Virus record (IMG/VR): IMGVR_UViG_3300018481_000020
Span: 17,458-81,457 of that record
From: a virus
DNA: 64,000 nt
Strand: one strand, 5' to 3'
In this document: positions 53,997 to 62,489 of the stretch, one piece after another
Position numbering within the stretch: the first letter of the stretch is position 1
Layout of the letters: each line of letters starts with the position of its first letter
Made by a program: the position numbers and the translations under genes
Notes under the pieces: generated by a model
The model's input: only the letters and a program-made list of their open reading frames with translations
The model's database searches: none
What the model was told of the DNA's origin: nothing

Positions 53997-54025
53997 ATTA
54001 TAGCACATACACTTCAGTATGGCTA
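53997..54025 (-). promoter_or_regulatory. sigma70-type promoter
   Basis: TAGCCA-N17-TATAAT with extended -10 (TGC TATAAT; ATTATA at 53997-54002 on +). Confidence 0.7.
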
Positions 54026-54745
54026 TCTCTTGTGCCGGAAAGGTGCTGTGGTAGTGAACTTGATGTGGTTCCACAGCACGATGGGTTGACCCTCGTAGAG
54101 CCTGACCATCGCCTTCTCCAAGCGATCAGACTGATCCCGGTTCTCCGTGTGCGCTGTCCTGACCCAAAGCGCTCGTCGGTCCATAGCTTTTTCCCGGTGC
54201 TCCTGCTGCTGCTTGATCGAGGCATTGTCATATGCCTCACGCTCAGCGTGAGTGCCATAGTCGCGCAGGTAGTCCTCCATCACCTTGAGTGCTGGCGTGC
54301 TACGTCCTACGCCTCTGGCGTGCTGCTTCAGACGGGTACTGAGGATGTTCGACCGGCCGACGTACCGAGGAAGCGCCTCGATGAAACGAGGTTCGTACCC
54401 GTTCGGTGTGAGCTCGAAGATGACATAGACCCCGTACTGTTGCCGGTCTCGTCGGTACTCCTCACTCATGTAATCCTTGTACTGAGAGAGCAGACAGGCC
54501 GGATGCCACTCAGCCATGGCCAGCAGCACTTCGTCACCCTCAGCCCGTCGTGGTGGAGCATCCCAACCCCTGAAACCATGAGCCTTCAACGGGCTTTCCC
54601 ATGGATTACCTAAATCTCGGCTGGCCCGAGGCTGGCTAGCGATCAGAGCATCGAACTCTGGATCAGCCACTGGGTTTGCCTGTGGAACTACCGAAGGTTC
54701 ATGAACCGGTACGTTCACGAACCGTTCTGCACTTGTTTCTGTCAT
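54023..54745 (-). CDS. GIY-YIG-like nuclease
   Basis: YGVYVI...YVGRS...RLKQH...LEKAM...LWN; AGAAAGGA RBS. Confidence 0.7.
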   Translation of the reverse strand: MTETSAERFVNVPVHEPSVVPQANPVADPEFDALIASQPRASRDLGNPWESPLKAHGFRGWDAPPRRAEGDEVLLAMAEWHPACLLSQYKDYMSEEYRRDRQQYGVYVIFELTPNGYEPRFIEALPRYVGRSNILSTRLKQHARGVGRSTPALKVMEDYLRDYGTHAEREAYDNASIKQQQEHREKAMDRRALWVRTAHTENRDQSDRLEKAMVRLYEGQPIVLWNHIKFTTTAPFRHKR

Positions 54746-54773
54746 GCTCCATTCCTTTCTGGTTGTAAGACAC

Positions 54774-54824
54774 AAAAAGGACCTGTGGGGCCGCCCCTCC
54801 GAAGAGAGACGGCCCCGTGGGTCC
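54774..54824 (-). terminator. intrinsic terminator (cUUCGg loop), related to 53788..53848
   Basis: Long stem plus T5; shares AAAAAGGACCT and CCCCTCCGAAGAG with the other hairpin. Confidence 0.75.
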
Positions 54825-54929
54825 CTATGCTTCCAGCGTCTGCTGAAGTGTCTTCAGCTCGATGACCAGATCGATGAACGTCTGGACCACCGCGATGGCC
54901 ATCCTGATGAATCCGAGTAACCAGCTCAT
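54825..54929 (-). CDS. small hydrophobic peptide (34 aa)
   Basis: Read manually: MSWLLGFIRMAIAVVQTFIDLVIELKTLQQTLEA; GAGGAGG RBS; ATGA overlap. Confidence 0.55.
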   Translation of the reverse strand: MSWLLGFIRMAIAVVQTFIDLVIELKTLQQTLEA

Positions 54930-55264
54930 CCCCATACCTCCTCTCGGAAGTAGGCGTGAGCAGTCTTGCGTGCCAGCACGGGATCACTCCCGAGCTTCCA
55001 CCCAGGCCAGCCGACACCTGGCTTGTCGTCCTTGCCGACCACGTACGCCGTCAGATCCGGCTCACCTTTGAAGGTGGTGTGCTCGGTCACCTTGCGGAGC
55101 ATCCCACCGACATGACGACGATGGCATCCCCGACCCTGCATCACGCGCAGGATCGTGGCGAGCTGACCATACGAGATCGGTCGAGTGGACTCAGCTGCCA
55201 GGCCGACCAGCAGTACGTACACCGATATCCACCGAGGCTCGACCTGGATGTCCTCCGCACTCAC
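54926..55264 (-). CDS. hypothetical protein (possible HTH/Atl-like fold)
   Basis: GTGA overlap start; ISYGQLA...VGGML...P.L...VV....PG.G. Confidence 0.6.
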   Translation of the reverse strand: MSAEDIQVEPRWISVYVLLVGLAAESTRPISYGQLATILRVMQGRGCHRRHVGGMLRKVTEHTTFKGEPDLTAYVVGKDDKPGVGWPGWKLGSDPVLARKTAHAYFREEVWG

Positions 55265-56160
55265 TGCACCTCGGGCATGAAGTCCGTGCCCGGCCGGAAA
55301 CGCAGCTGGAAGCGGTCGGTCTGGGTGACGTAGTCGTTCCAGGACTTGATCCCGTTGGCCAGGAAGATCGTCGGCCGCCAGGTGGGCGAGGTCTTGTAGT
55401 AGGCATCGGAGATCAGCCACTTGCGGAATGCCAGGATCGGGCTGCCGGACTCCAGGTTGACACCGTCAACCACCCTGTCCAGGAACTCCTCCTGAGCCGA
55501 GGGACCCTTCTCGCTGTGAATGGCGATCACAGCGAGCAGCACCGTCGATGAGGTCCGCATCCCGTAACGGCCGAACTCCTTGGCGATCATGTAGCCGGAA
55601 CGGATCGACTCCTGGACGACCTTGCCGATCTCGGGGTCATCCAGTGCTTCCAGGATGTCGACGGTGGTCATGGCCCATGCCGGTTGGCTGAGCCTGGTGC
55701 TGGTGTTGACGACCTCCGGATAGGCCAGTACCTGTCGAGTAGTCGCCGCCAGCACGTTCACGTCGGTGTAGCCGGCGATCTTGAGGCTGTCACCAGGTGA
55801 GCGAACCGCTCCGGTGTCGATGACCCCGAAGGTATCCGGGTCGGCGTCGAATGCCACCAACGACGGGATGTGCTTGCGCTGGCTGGCGATGGCGGTGAGC
55901 CGGTGCCGTCCATCGAGGACGTAGCCGGTGGGATCCAGTGCGATCGGCTGGTGGGTCATCTTCCACTCATCGTTCTCGATCGCGTGCAGGATCTTGCTGA
56001 TGTTGCGCTGCTTGAGCGTTCGCTGGTTGCGCTCAGGCGAGACCGTCAGCCACTCCCGAGCTTGCTGCGGACTGATCCTCATCGGAACGATCCGTGGCCC
56101 CTTGACCTTGGGCCTTCTGGTGGACTTCTTCCCATCGGTGTTGCTAGTGGGTTCTGACAT
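55261..56160 (-). CDS. ParB/Srx-like N-terminal domain protein
   Basis: ISP..A..WL....NQR...W......I..D..G.VLDGRHRL.AI. Confidence 0.8.
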   Translation of the reverse strand: MSEPTSNTDGKKSTRRPKVKGPRIVPMRISPQQAREWLTVSPERNQRTLKQRNISKILHAIENDEWKMTHQPIALDPTGYVLDGRHRLTAIASQRKHIPSLVAFDADPDTFGVIDTGAVRSPGDSLKIAGYTDVNVLAATTRQVLAYPEVVNTSTRLSQPAWAMTTVDILEALDDPEIGKVVQESIRSGYMIAKEFGRYGMRTSSTVLLAVIAIHSEKGPSAQEEFLDRVVDGVNLESGSPILAFRKWLISDAYYKTSPTWRPTIFLANGIKSWNDYVTQTDRFQLRFRPGTDFMPEVQ

Positions 56161-56167
56161 GTTGTTC

Positions 56168-56302
56168 TCATTCCTTCATGGTGTGGTTGTCGTACTCGTC
56201 CCATGCGTCATCGATCCATCGGTGGGTCGATGTTTTGAACCCGCACAGGCACTTGATCACCGCACCAGCCGAGGTTTCCTTGACCTCAACCGGGCGATGC
56301 AT
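56168..56302 (-). CDS. small Zn-finger-like peptide
   Basis: Read manually: MHRPVEV...CLCG...AWDEYDNH; start could be 56320. Confidence 0.45.
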   Translation of the reverse strand: MHRPVEVKETSAGAVIKCLCGFKTSTHRWIDDAWDEYDNHTMKE

Positions 56303-56570
56303 TGCTGTGGCTCTCGCCATATTTCTTGCCGATCACGAAGCCGAGACAGTAGATCTGCATCGCGGCTAACGGATCGTTCACACTGGCCTCGCCGTTCGCG
56401 TGCTGATACGCAGCAACCGCTTCGGCGGCATGCTTGGCCAGCTCTCCCAACTCCAGACCAGCCACCTCAAGAAACGGTGGGTTGTCTGACACCTGGCTCT
56501 CTAGGTCACCGACCACTGAGTCCAGGGTGCTCTTCAGTTCGTTCTCCTGGTTGGTACGCCATTGAGGCAT
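56286..56570 (-). CDS. hypothetical protein
   Basis: GAAGGA RBS before MPQWR. Confidence 0.6.
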   Translation of the reverse strand: MPQWRTNQENELKSTLDSVVGDLESQVSDNPPFLEVAGLELGELAKHAAEAVAAYQHANGEASVNDPLAAMQIYCLGFVIGKKYGESHSNASPG

Positions 56571-56590
56571 GACTATTCCTTCCTGGTAGG

Positions 56591-56632
56591 CACAGGGAGA
56601 GGAGCCCTGGGGGTGGGTCACCTCTCCCTGTG
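56591..56632 (-). terminator. intergenic hairpin
   Basis: CACAGGGAGAGG / CCTCTCCCTGTG perfect 12-bp inverted repeat; no T-run. Confidence 0.55.
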
Positions 56633-56637
56633 GGCTC

Positions 56638-57402
56638 TTAGAACTCGACGACCTCGTCGTCCCCGAACCGGTCCTTGATCATCTCCTCACGCTTGCTGCC
56701 GGCCTCGGCTCGGAGCACCACTGCGAGGACCAGGTCCTTCTCCTTCATCGTTCGCATGGTGGCCACGTCGCCGTGGAACAAGATGGCCTCTTCATCGAGC
56801 ATCTCCGTGAACAGCTTGAGCATGGGGTTCCCCTGCTCCAGATTCTCGGAGATCAGGTCAGTCGCCTTGGGTCGCTGCATCATGTCCTGGAGCCAGTCGA
56901 ACATGACACCGGTGCCAGTCGTGTCGTCCTCACCTTCCTCGCTTGAACCCATGGAGATCGGCTCACCCCAGGTGATCTGGTCCTCCTTGATCACGTAGGG
57001 AAGTGAGTACAAGGCCCAGCCACCATCGCGATCGTGGATGGTGGTGGTCAGGCACGGTGAGACCCAGCCCTTCTCGGCAGCGTCCGGATAGGTCTCCGAG
57101 ACGTACTGCATCTCCTTGGGCATCCAGTCCTTGCCAGTCACCGGCGACTCCTTCAGCTTCGAGGTGTAGGACTCGAAGGTGATGGACACGACATCGGCGC
57201 TGAAGCCCATCACCCCGATCGAGGCCGCCTGCAACGCAACGTCCCGATCTACCGGGCACTGCGCCATGATGGCCATGTCCTCGCCCCTCCAGAAATGCAG
57301 GTAGATCGCCAGGTCCGGGTTCTCAGGCAGCTCCGCCACCCAGTCATCCTTGGTCTGCTGCATCACGTCGTTGATCTGTGTGATCTGTTCCTTCAGGCTC
57401 AT
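56638..57402 (-). CDS. hypothetical acidic protein
   Basis: ATGA overlap; phage-like codon usage. Confidence 0.7.
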   Translation of the reverse strand: MSLKEQITQINDVMQQTKDDWVAELPENPDLAIYLHFWRGEDMAIMAQCPVDRDVALQAASIGVMGFSADVVSITFESYTSKLKESPVTGKDWMPKEMQYVSETYPDAAEKGWVSPCLTTTIHDRDGGWALYSLPYVIKEDQITWGEPISMGSSEEGEDDTTGTGVMFDWLQDMMQRPKATDLISENLEQGNPMLKLFTEMLDEEAILFHGDVATMRTMKEKDLVLAVVLRAEAGSKREEMIKDRFGDDEVVEF

Positions 57403-58061
57403 GACTCGTCTCCCTGCGTTGCGAGCTCGATTCCGTCCAGCACGTCCCGTTCCCGCCAGGTCGTGCCCAGGTGATGTCCAGCCAGGTAGGAAGCGCACGC
57501 GCAGGCTGTTCCGACGAGCAGCCACACGTCCCAGACCTTGCCGGGGTCGACATCTCGATGAGCGAACCCGGTGATGTGGGACAGGTGCGCTACGCCTCCC
57601 TCGATGTACTCGTTGAAGTACGCCAGCACACTTGAGTCCTCAGCGAAGCCCTTCGCCATCGTGCGCGAGGCTTCCCGGAACGGCTCCTCGGTGAAGATCA
57701 GCTCCAGCTTGTTGAAGTGGTCGAAGATCCTGACCGCCTGATGCTGCTGGTGCCCGACCATCACGCCGTCGGTGAAGGTCTCCAACACCAACGCCAGCAG
57801 GTACTCCGCCATCACCTGCGAGGTCAGCTCCATCAGCTGATCAGCATTGGTGGGCATCGTCGACCCAGCGAAGTGCCGATAGCCACGTCGAGTGATCGCC
57901 ATCAGCCGGTCCCCGTAGTAGTCCCGCATCGCGTTGAATCCTGGAGGGAAACCCTGCTCTCGGGGGTCTCCGGGACCGAGCACCGTGACCGGTCCACGAT
58001 CGCCGTGGTCGTCTCTGGTCCTCTCGAACGAAGCCCTGACTTCCTCGATCAGATCAGCCAT
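57399..58061 (-). CDS. hypothetical protein
   Basis: Coupled to neighbours. Confidence 0.7.
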   Translation of the reverse strand: MADLIEEVRASFERTRDDHGDRGPVTVLGPGDPREQGFPPGFNAMRDYYGDRLMAITRRGYRHFAGSTMPTNADQLMELTSQVMAEYLLALVLETFTDGVMVGHQQHQAVRIFDHFNKLELIFTEEPFREASRTMAKGFAEDSSVLAYFNEYIEGGVAHLSHITGFAHRDVDPGKVWDVWLLVGTACACASYLAGHHLGTTWRERDVLDGIELATQGDES

Positions 58062-58330
58062 CACATCTCCCGAGATTCTAGAAACTGCAGGTAGCTGCTG
58101 ATCAATCCCGGTGTCAGGAACACCGGCACCAGCTGGGGCTGGTCTGCCTGGTAGGCCCGGCCAGCCACGAAGCACAGCACCGCGACGCTCTGCTCTTCCC
58201 GAGTCAGCTCCACCTCATTGGCCAAGCAGACCTTGGTGATCATGTCTCGGATCTCATTCTCTTCGTCGCCACCGACATCTACGCCGGCAGCGGCGATCGC
58301 CTCCTGAGTGAAGGCGGTCTCGATATCCAT
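58061..58330 (-). CDS. hypothetical protein
   Basis: AAGGGAG RBS; coupled. Confidence 0.65.
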   Translation of the reverse strand: MDIETAFTQEAIAAAGVDVGGDEENEIRDMITKVCLANEVELTREEQSVAVLCFVAGRAYQADQPQLVPVFLTPGLISSYLQFLESREM

Positions 58331-58353
58331 CTGAATCTCCCTTACATGGTGGA

Positions 58354-58389
58354 GTCCGGGGGCCAGCGTTGAACAACTGACCCCCGGAC
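58354..58389 (-). terminator. intergenic hairpin
   Basis: GTCCGGGGG / CCCCCGGAC inverted repeat. Confidence 0.55.
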
Positions 58390-58410
58390 GCTTTCGGTGT
58401 AGCGGTGTAA

Positions 58411-59913
58411 CTAGGCAGCTACGACGATCTCACCCTCGTCGTTGACGTAGGCGCTCTGCTGGATCGCCTTGCCCACCAGCTTCGTGAGTGCCACATCGAT
58501 CTCGGGCTCATCCTTCTTGCGAGCCTTCGCGTCGGTGTGCATCTGCCAGGCCGACCGGAGCTCATCCGCGCAACGCACGAAGTCATCGGTCGACATCGGC
58601 TGACCCTCCTCACCGGTGCGGATCAAGGTGTAGACCTCGACCCCCTCCAGCGCCTGCACGATCCAGGACGGAGCGAAGCCCTCGTAGGCGGTGTGCAGAC
58701 GCTCGTAGTCGAGGTCCTCACGCTGCCCTGCCGGGATCATCACATTGATCAGCTTCTCCACTCCCTCACGATCGAGGTCGGAGACGTAGATCATCCGGTT
58801 GATGCGGCCGGCCCGGGTCAGCTCCGGCGGGAGCTTCTCCGGGTAGTTCGAGGTCATCAGCAACATCACCTCGCGACCCTTGGTGCGCATCCCGTCGAAC
58901 TGCTCCATCAACTCGTCCATCTTGCGCGGGTTGTCGGAGAGCAGCTTCTCGACATCTTCGATCACCACAGCGACCGGAGTGCCGAGCAGCTCGGCGAACC
59001 TCATCACGTGCTTGAGGTCCTCGTCGTAGCGCGCCTGGATGAAGCTCCAGTCGTGCTCCAGGCAGAACTGCGCGGTGATCGCAGCGGCCAGCGTCTTGCC
59101 GGTGCCGTTCTCACCGTGCATCAGCACCTTGTTGCCCAGCAGAGACGGCTTCACCTTGCGGAGCAGCTCGCTCTTCTGGATCCGACCCCAGATGGAGTAC
59201 GTCAGCGCGTCACCCACCGTCTGGGCGTAGACGACCTTCTCGCGATCGATCGTGTACGGGTTGAAGAACTCCGGCTCCTTGTAGGCACCGCCCGCGATCC
59301 GGCCGACACCGATCAGCGCCTTGTTCCGGTAGATGCTGTCCTGCCGGATGTAGGACTCGACCAGCATCAGCAGGCCACGGATCTCCACCTCGTACTTCTT
59401 CTTGGCCATGACGTAGATCTGGAAGGCCATTCCATAGTCCTCGTCAGGGCGCTCCTGGAGATAGAACTCCGCGCCATAGGGCGGGAACTTCAGGAGCCCG
59501 AACGGCACCTGGATCTCCTCGGTCGGGGAGATCTTCACGGTACGCAGCTCGGGGAGCTGCCCACCGAAGAACGACCGGATCTCCTTGCCGATCGCGGTCA
59601 TGCCGAAGACATCCTTCAGCGCCTTGTTGAAGGCGACGGCACCGTCCATCGGACGGCAGTCGAACGGCTTCGTGAACTCGTGCATGGCCTCTTCAGCCTC
59701 AGCCTGAGCCAGCAGCATGTTCGCTGCCTTCTTCAGACCCATCTTCGCCGGCACCTGGGGGAGGGCGATACGAATGCCCCCATCCTCGCGGTACTCGAAT
59801 GCGGACTCGACGGTGATCCGACCTCCTGCGACTTCTCGCAGGAAGGCGCTCGCCTTCTTCACGTCCTTCTTGGCCTGCTTGTCTTCCCACATGCTGTCTT
59901 CACCTTGTGCCAT
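58411..59913 (-). CDS. AAA+ ATPase
   Basis: GENGTGKT Walker A, VVIEDVE Walker B, TSN.P..L...L.R.GR second region of homology. Confidence 0.9.
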   Translation of the reverse strand: MAQGEDSMWEDKQAKKDVKKASAFLREVAGGRITVESAFEYREDGGIRIALPQVPAKMGLKKAANMLLAQAEAEEAMHEFTKPFDCRPMDGAVAFNKALKDVFGMTAIGKEIRSFFGGQLPELRTVKISPTEEIQVPFGLLKFPPYGAEFYLQERPDEDYGMAFQIYVMAKKKYEVEIRGLLMLVESYIRQDSIYRNKALIGVGRIAGGAYKEPEFFNPYTIDREKVVYAQTVGDALTYSIWGRIQKSELLRKVKPSLLGNKVLMHGENGTGKTLAAAITAQFCLEHDWSFIQARYDEDLKHVMRFAELLGTPVAVVIEDVEKLLSDNPRKMDELMEQFDGMRTKGREVMLLMTSNYPEKLPPELTRAGRINRMIYVSDLDREGVEKLINVMIPAGQREDLDYERLHTAYEGFAPSWIVQALEGVEVYTLIRTGEEGQPMSTDDFVRCADELRSAWQMHTDAKARKKDEPEIDVALTKLVGKAIQQSAYVNDEGEIVVAA

Positions 59914-59952
59914 TACAGGTTGAACCTTTCCGAGTTGTGTTACAGGGGGTTG

Positions 59953-60213
59953 TCATTCGATGGGACCGAGACCGTCACGTGCGGCCCCGATATCTACACG
60001 ACACGAGTCGTACCTGGCGTCGTGGTGATGAGCGTGCTGGTTCCGATAGCCCTCATCGAAAAGCACATCGACCTTGCTCTCCAGGCCCTCCACCGCACCG
60101 GTCCGTAAATAGGTACCGGTGCGATTCGCGACTCTGGTGGCAAGCGGCGGGGATAGTGGCTTGTCCGCCTTGTAGATCAGGTCTACGGCTACCCGCAGCC
60201 GATAGATGGTCAT
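59953..60213 (-). CDS. hypothetical protein
   Basis: GAAGGGA RBS. Confidence 0.5.
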   Translation of the reverse strand: MTIYRLRVAVDLIYKADKPLSPPLATRVANRTGTYLRTGAVEGLESKVDVLFDEGYRNQHAHHHDARYDSCRVDIGAARDGLGPIE

Positions 60214-60244
60214 ACTGTTCCCTTCATGATTCTGTTGGAGTGAG

Positions 60245-60622
60245 CTAGTTGTCGTCCTCTGCTGCTATCTCCTCCTTCCCGAGTAGACGTTCAGCGGTGG
60301 CCATTGCACCGGGCAGTGGCGCTAACCAGTGCCCCTTCGCGTCGAAGTGCACAACGGTCAAGAATGTCTCCGAGCCTTCGCGGTTCTCCACGAGCGCGGT
60401 CCTAATCATCTGGTCCTCACTGAGGTTCAGATAGGCGATCGCCTTGAGCTTTGGCGACTGGACCTGGGCCTTGCGGACGGCAACGTACTGGCTGTAGTCG
60501 GTACCGCCAACACGAGCCAGTACGTTGCCTCCACGACCCAGGAACACCACGCCCTTCGTGCCTTGCGCCACAAGCCCGGCAATGCTCCTGCCGAGCTTGG
60601 TGTCTCTGGGTGCAAAACTCAT
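60245..60622 (-). CDS. hypothetical protein
   Basis: GGAGG RBS; ATGA overlap. Confidence 0.6.
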   Translation of the reverse strand: MSFAPRDTKLGRSIAGLVAQGTKGVVFLGRGGNVLARVGGTDYSQYVAVRKAQVQSPKLKAIAYLNLSEDQMIRTALVENREGSETFLTVVHFDAKGHWLAPLPGAMATAERLLGKEEIAAEDDN

Positions 60623-60897
60623 TTCGCAGCTGCCTCCTCCGGTTCGTATGGTCCGAACTCGAAGTCCATGAGCTTGCGCATGGACTCGCTCGGGTTGCCG
60701 ATCACAACCTGCCTGACGAGTACGTCGTTCTCGTCGTACATGGCCATCGCCAGGCACGCATTACGCAGGCCGCCGCCCTTTCCGTTTCCGTCGAAGGCTG
60801 TCGTGAACTTCTGCCGAACGAAGCTCTCGCTCGGGTTCAAGTTCGCGGATTCGCTCTCCAGCACGTACCTGAGCGAGCCCACTCTCTGTTTGATCAT
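60619..60897 (-). CDS. hypothetical protein
   Basis: GAGGA RBS. Confidence 0.6.
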   Translation of the reverse strand: MIKQRVGSLRYVLESESANLNPSESFVRQKFTTAFDGNGKGGGLRNACLAMAMYDENDVLVRQVVIGNPSESMRKLMDFEFGPYEPEEAAAK

Positions 60898-60921
60898 TTC
60901 CTCTCCTCAAGGTGGCGCGAC

Positions 60922-60950
60922 AAAGGGGCGGGGGATCTCTCCCCCGCCCC
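60922..60950 (-). terminator. intergenic hairpin/terminator
   Basis: GGGGCGGGGGA / TCCCCCGCCCC with TTT on the minus strand. Confidence 0.6.
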
Positions 60951-60958
60951 TCCATCAC

Positions 60959-62317
60959 TCAGGCGTTCGCGAGGTTCTTCGGGTCCCGTGCGGACTTGCC
61001 GACGAGGTCCTTCAGCAGCTTGTCGATCAGCTTGACTTCCTCCCGGATGCCCTTGTGCATGGCAGTCCAGTTGAACTTCTCGCTGGCATCCCTGGGCCCG
61101 TACTGCTCGTCGTAGTGCTCACGAGCGAGCTCGATGAGCCTGGTCATCGAGTAGCCGTTCCCGAGGAGCCGAGCCTCCGCCACGAACACGCGACCCGCGT
61201 ACTCCGAGAAGCCGTCCTTGTTGCCCGACTTCTCGAAGGACTGCACCCGACCGAGAACCTCGGTAAGGCGGTTGCCCACCGCCTGCTCCTGAGCGCTGTT
61301 CAGAGCGATGGCGTTGTCCTGACGCTCCATCTCCAGGTCGCGTCCGTCGGGCTCGGTGCCCTCCTCCGGAAGGAGGTCGACGTGGACGTTGCCGTCGATG
61401 TCGTGGATCACGACGGGCTCCATGTTCGGACCAGACTTGACCACGTTGGACTCAGCCACGACGGTCTCCAGGTCAGACTTGGCCGCATCGAGCTGCTTCT
61501 TCGCGGACTCGATCGTCTTCAGCTCGGCCTTCATCCTGGCGTTGGACTTCTCCAGGTCCTTCGTGACCCGACCCAGGTAGCGCTTGCCCCTACCCGTACG
61601 GGCGAGGAACACCAGCACCGCTCCCGCGATCACGGCAGCGAACGCGATCTGAGCACCGAACAGCGCCAGACCCGCGACCGAGCCCAGCCCGAAGGCAGCC
61701 CAGGCACGGAACGGAGCCGACCAGACCCAGGCGGAGACCGCCGTGGCCTTGGTCCAGGCCCACGCCGGCACGGTGTACCGGAGCACCCAGGTCTTGGCCG
61801 TGGGCCAGGCAGTCTTGGCCGCCCAGCCGGCAGCGAACGCCGCTGCCACCTTGACCTTGCGGGCTGCTGCCTTGGACTTGCCCCACGCCTTGCGCCAGGC
61901 CCGCTTGGCCTTGGCCCACGCTCGACGTGCCTCCCAGCGGAGACGACGGACCCACCTCGGGCCCTTCATCTTCCGCATGGCCACCGCCCTGTTCTTGGCA
62001 CGCCTGTACTCGCGCCGCTTGCGGTCCGCCTTGGCCTTGGCCTTCTTGGCCTTCTTGCGGGCCTTGGCCTCGGCCTTCTCGGCCTCCTTGTGAGCCCTGG
62101 CTGCTTCGGCCTCGTTCTGTGCCTGCCTGGCCTGCTCCCGAGCGAGCTCCTTCTTGGCCTTCCGGATGACCTTCTCGGCCTGCTTGATGGCCTTCCTGGC
62201 CTCGGCCTCGGTCACGACGACCACCTCGGTCGACTTGTTCTTCTTCTTGCTGGAGCCGGCCTTGGCCTGACTCTTGCGCGCCTTCTGCGCGGCTTGCGTT
62301 GCGGACATAACTTGCAT
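60959..62317 (-). CDS. K/A-rich membrane-anchored coiled-coil protein
   Basis: Histone-H1-like N-terminus, Trp-periodic amphipathic stretch, hydrophobic TM segment(s), coiled coil, acidic C-terminus. Confidence 0.75.
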   Translation of the reverse strand: MQVMSATQAAQKARKSQAKAGSSKKKNKSTEVVVVTEAEARKAIKQAEKVIRKAKKELAREQARQAQNEAEAARAHKEAEKAEAKARKKAKKAKAKADRKRREYRRAKNRAVAMRKMKGPRWVRRLRWEARRAWAKAKRAWRKAWGKSKAAARKVKVAAAFAAGWAAKTAWPTAKTWVLRYTVPAWAWTKATAVSAWVWSAPFRAWAAFGLGSVAGLALFGAQIAFAAVIAGAVLVFLARTGRGKRYLGRVTKDLEKSNARMKAELKTIESAKKQLDAAKSDLETVVAESNVVKSGPNMEPVVIHDIDGNVHVDLLPEEGTEPDGRDLEMERQDNAIALNSAQEQAVGNRLTEVLGRVQSFEKSGNKDGFSEYAGRVFVAEARLLGNGYSMTRLIELAREHYDEQYGPRDASEKFNWTAMHKGIREEVKLIDKLLKDLVGKSARDPKNLANA

Positions 62318-62364
62318 CTCATTTCATGGTTGTAGGACGCCCTTATGAGCGACCCTGGACATGC

Positions 62365-62396
62365 AAAAAGCCCCAGGACATCTGGTCCTGAGGCTT
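62365..62396 (-). terminator. terminator in the leader of the early operon
   Basis: AAGCCTCAGGAC-CAGAT-GTCCTGGGGCTT-TTT. Confidence 0.7.
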
Positions 62397-62434
62397 CCCG
62401 TGTGCGCGGGCATGCTGACGCCTTTGCACACTAC

Positions 62435-62460
62435 TATTGTATCAGATACTAGACACAATA
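62435..62460 (-). promoter_or_regulatory. extended -10 promoter with overlapping palindromes
   Basis: TGA-TACAAT on the minus strand; GTATCAGATAC and TATTGT...ACAATA inverted repeats. Confidence 0.6.
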
Positions 62461-62489
62461 GCCAGCCCGAGCAGGTTCTAGTGGCTCTT

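Noticed and set aside
53886-54074. 62-aa minus-strand ORF
   Set aside because: It runs through the promoter and structured RNA, has atypical codons and lacks an RBS.
62397-62431. c-di-GMP-I riboswitch (GCAAA)
   Set aside because: The two-stem consensus and tetraloop/receptor elements are not present.
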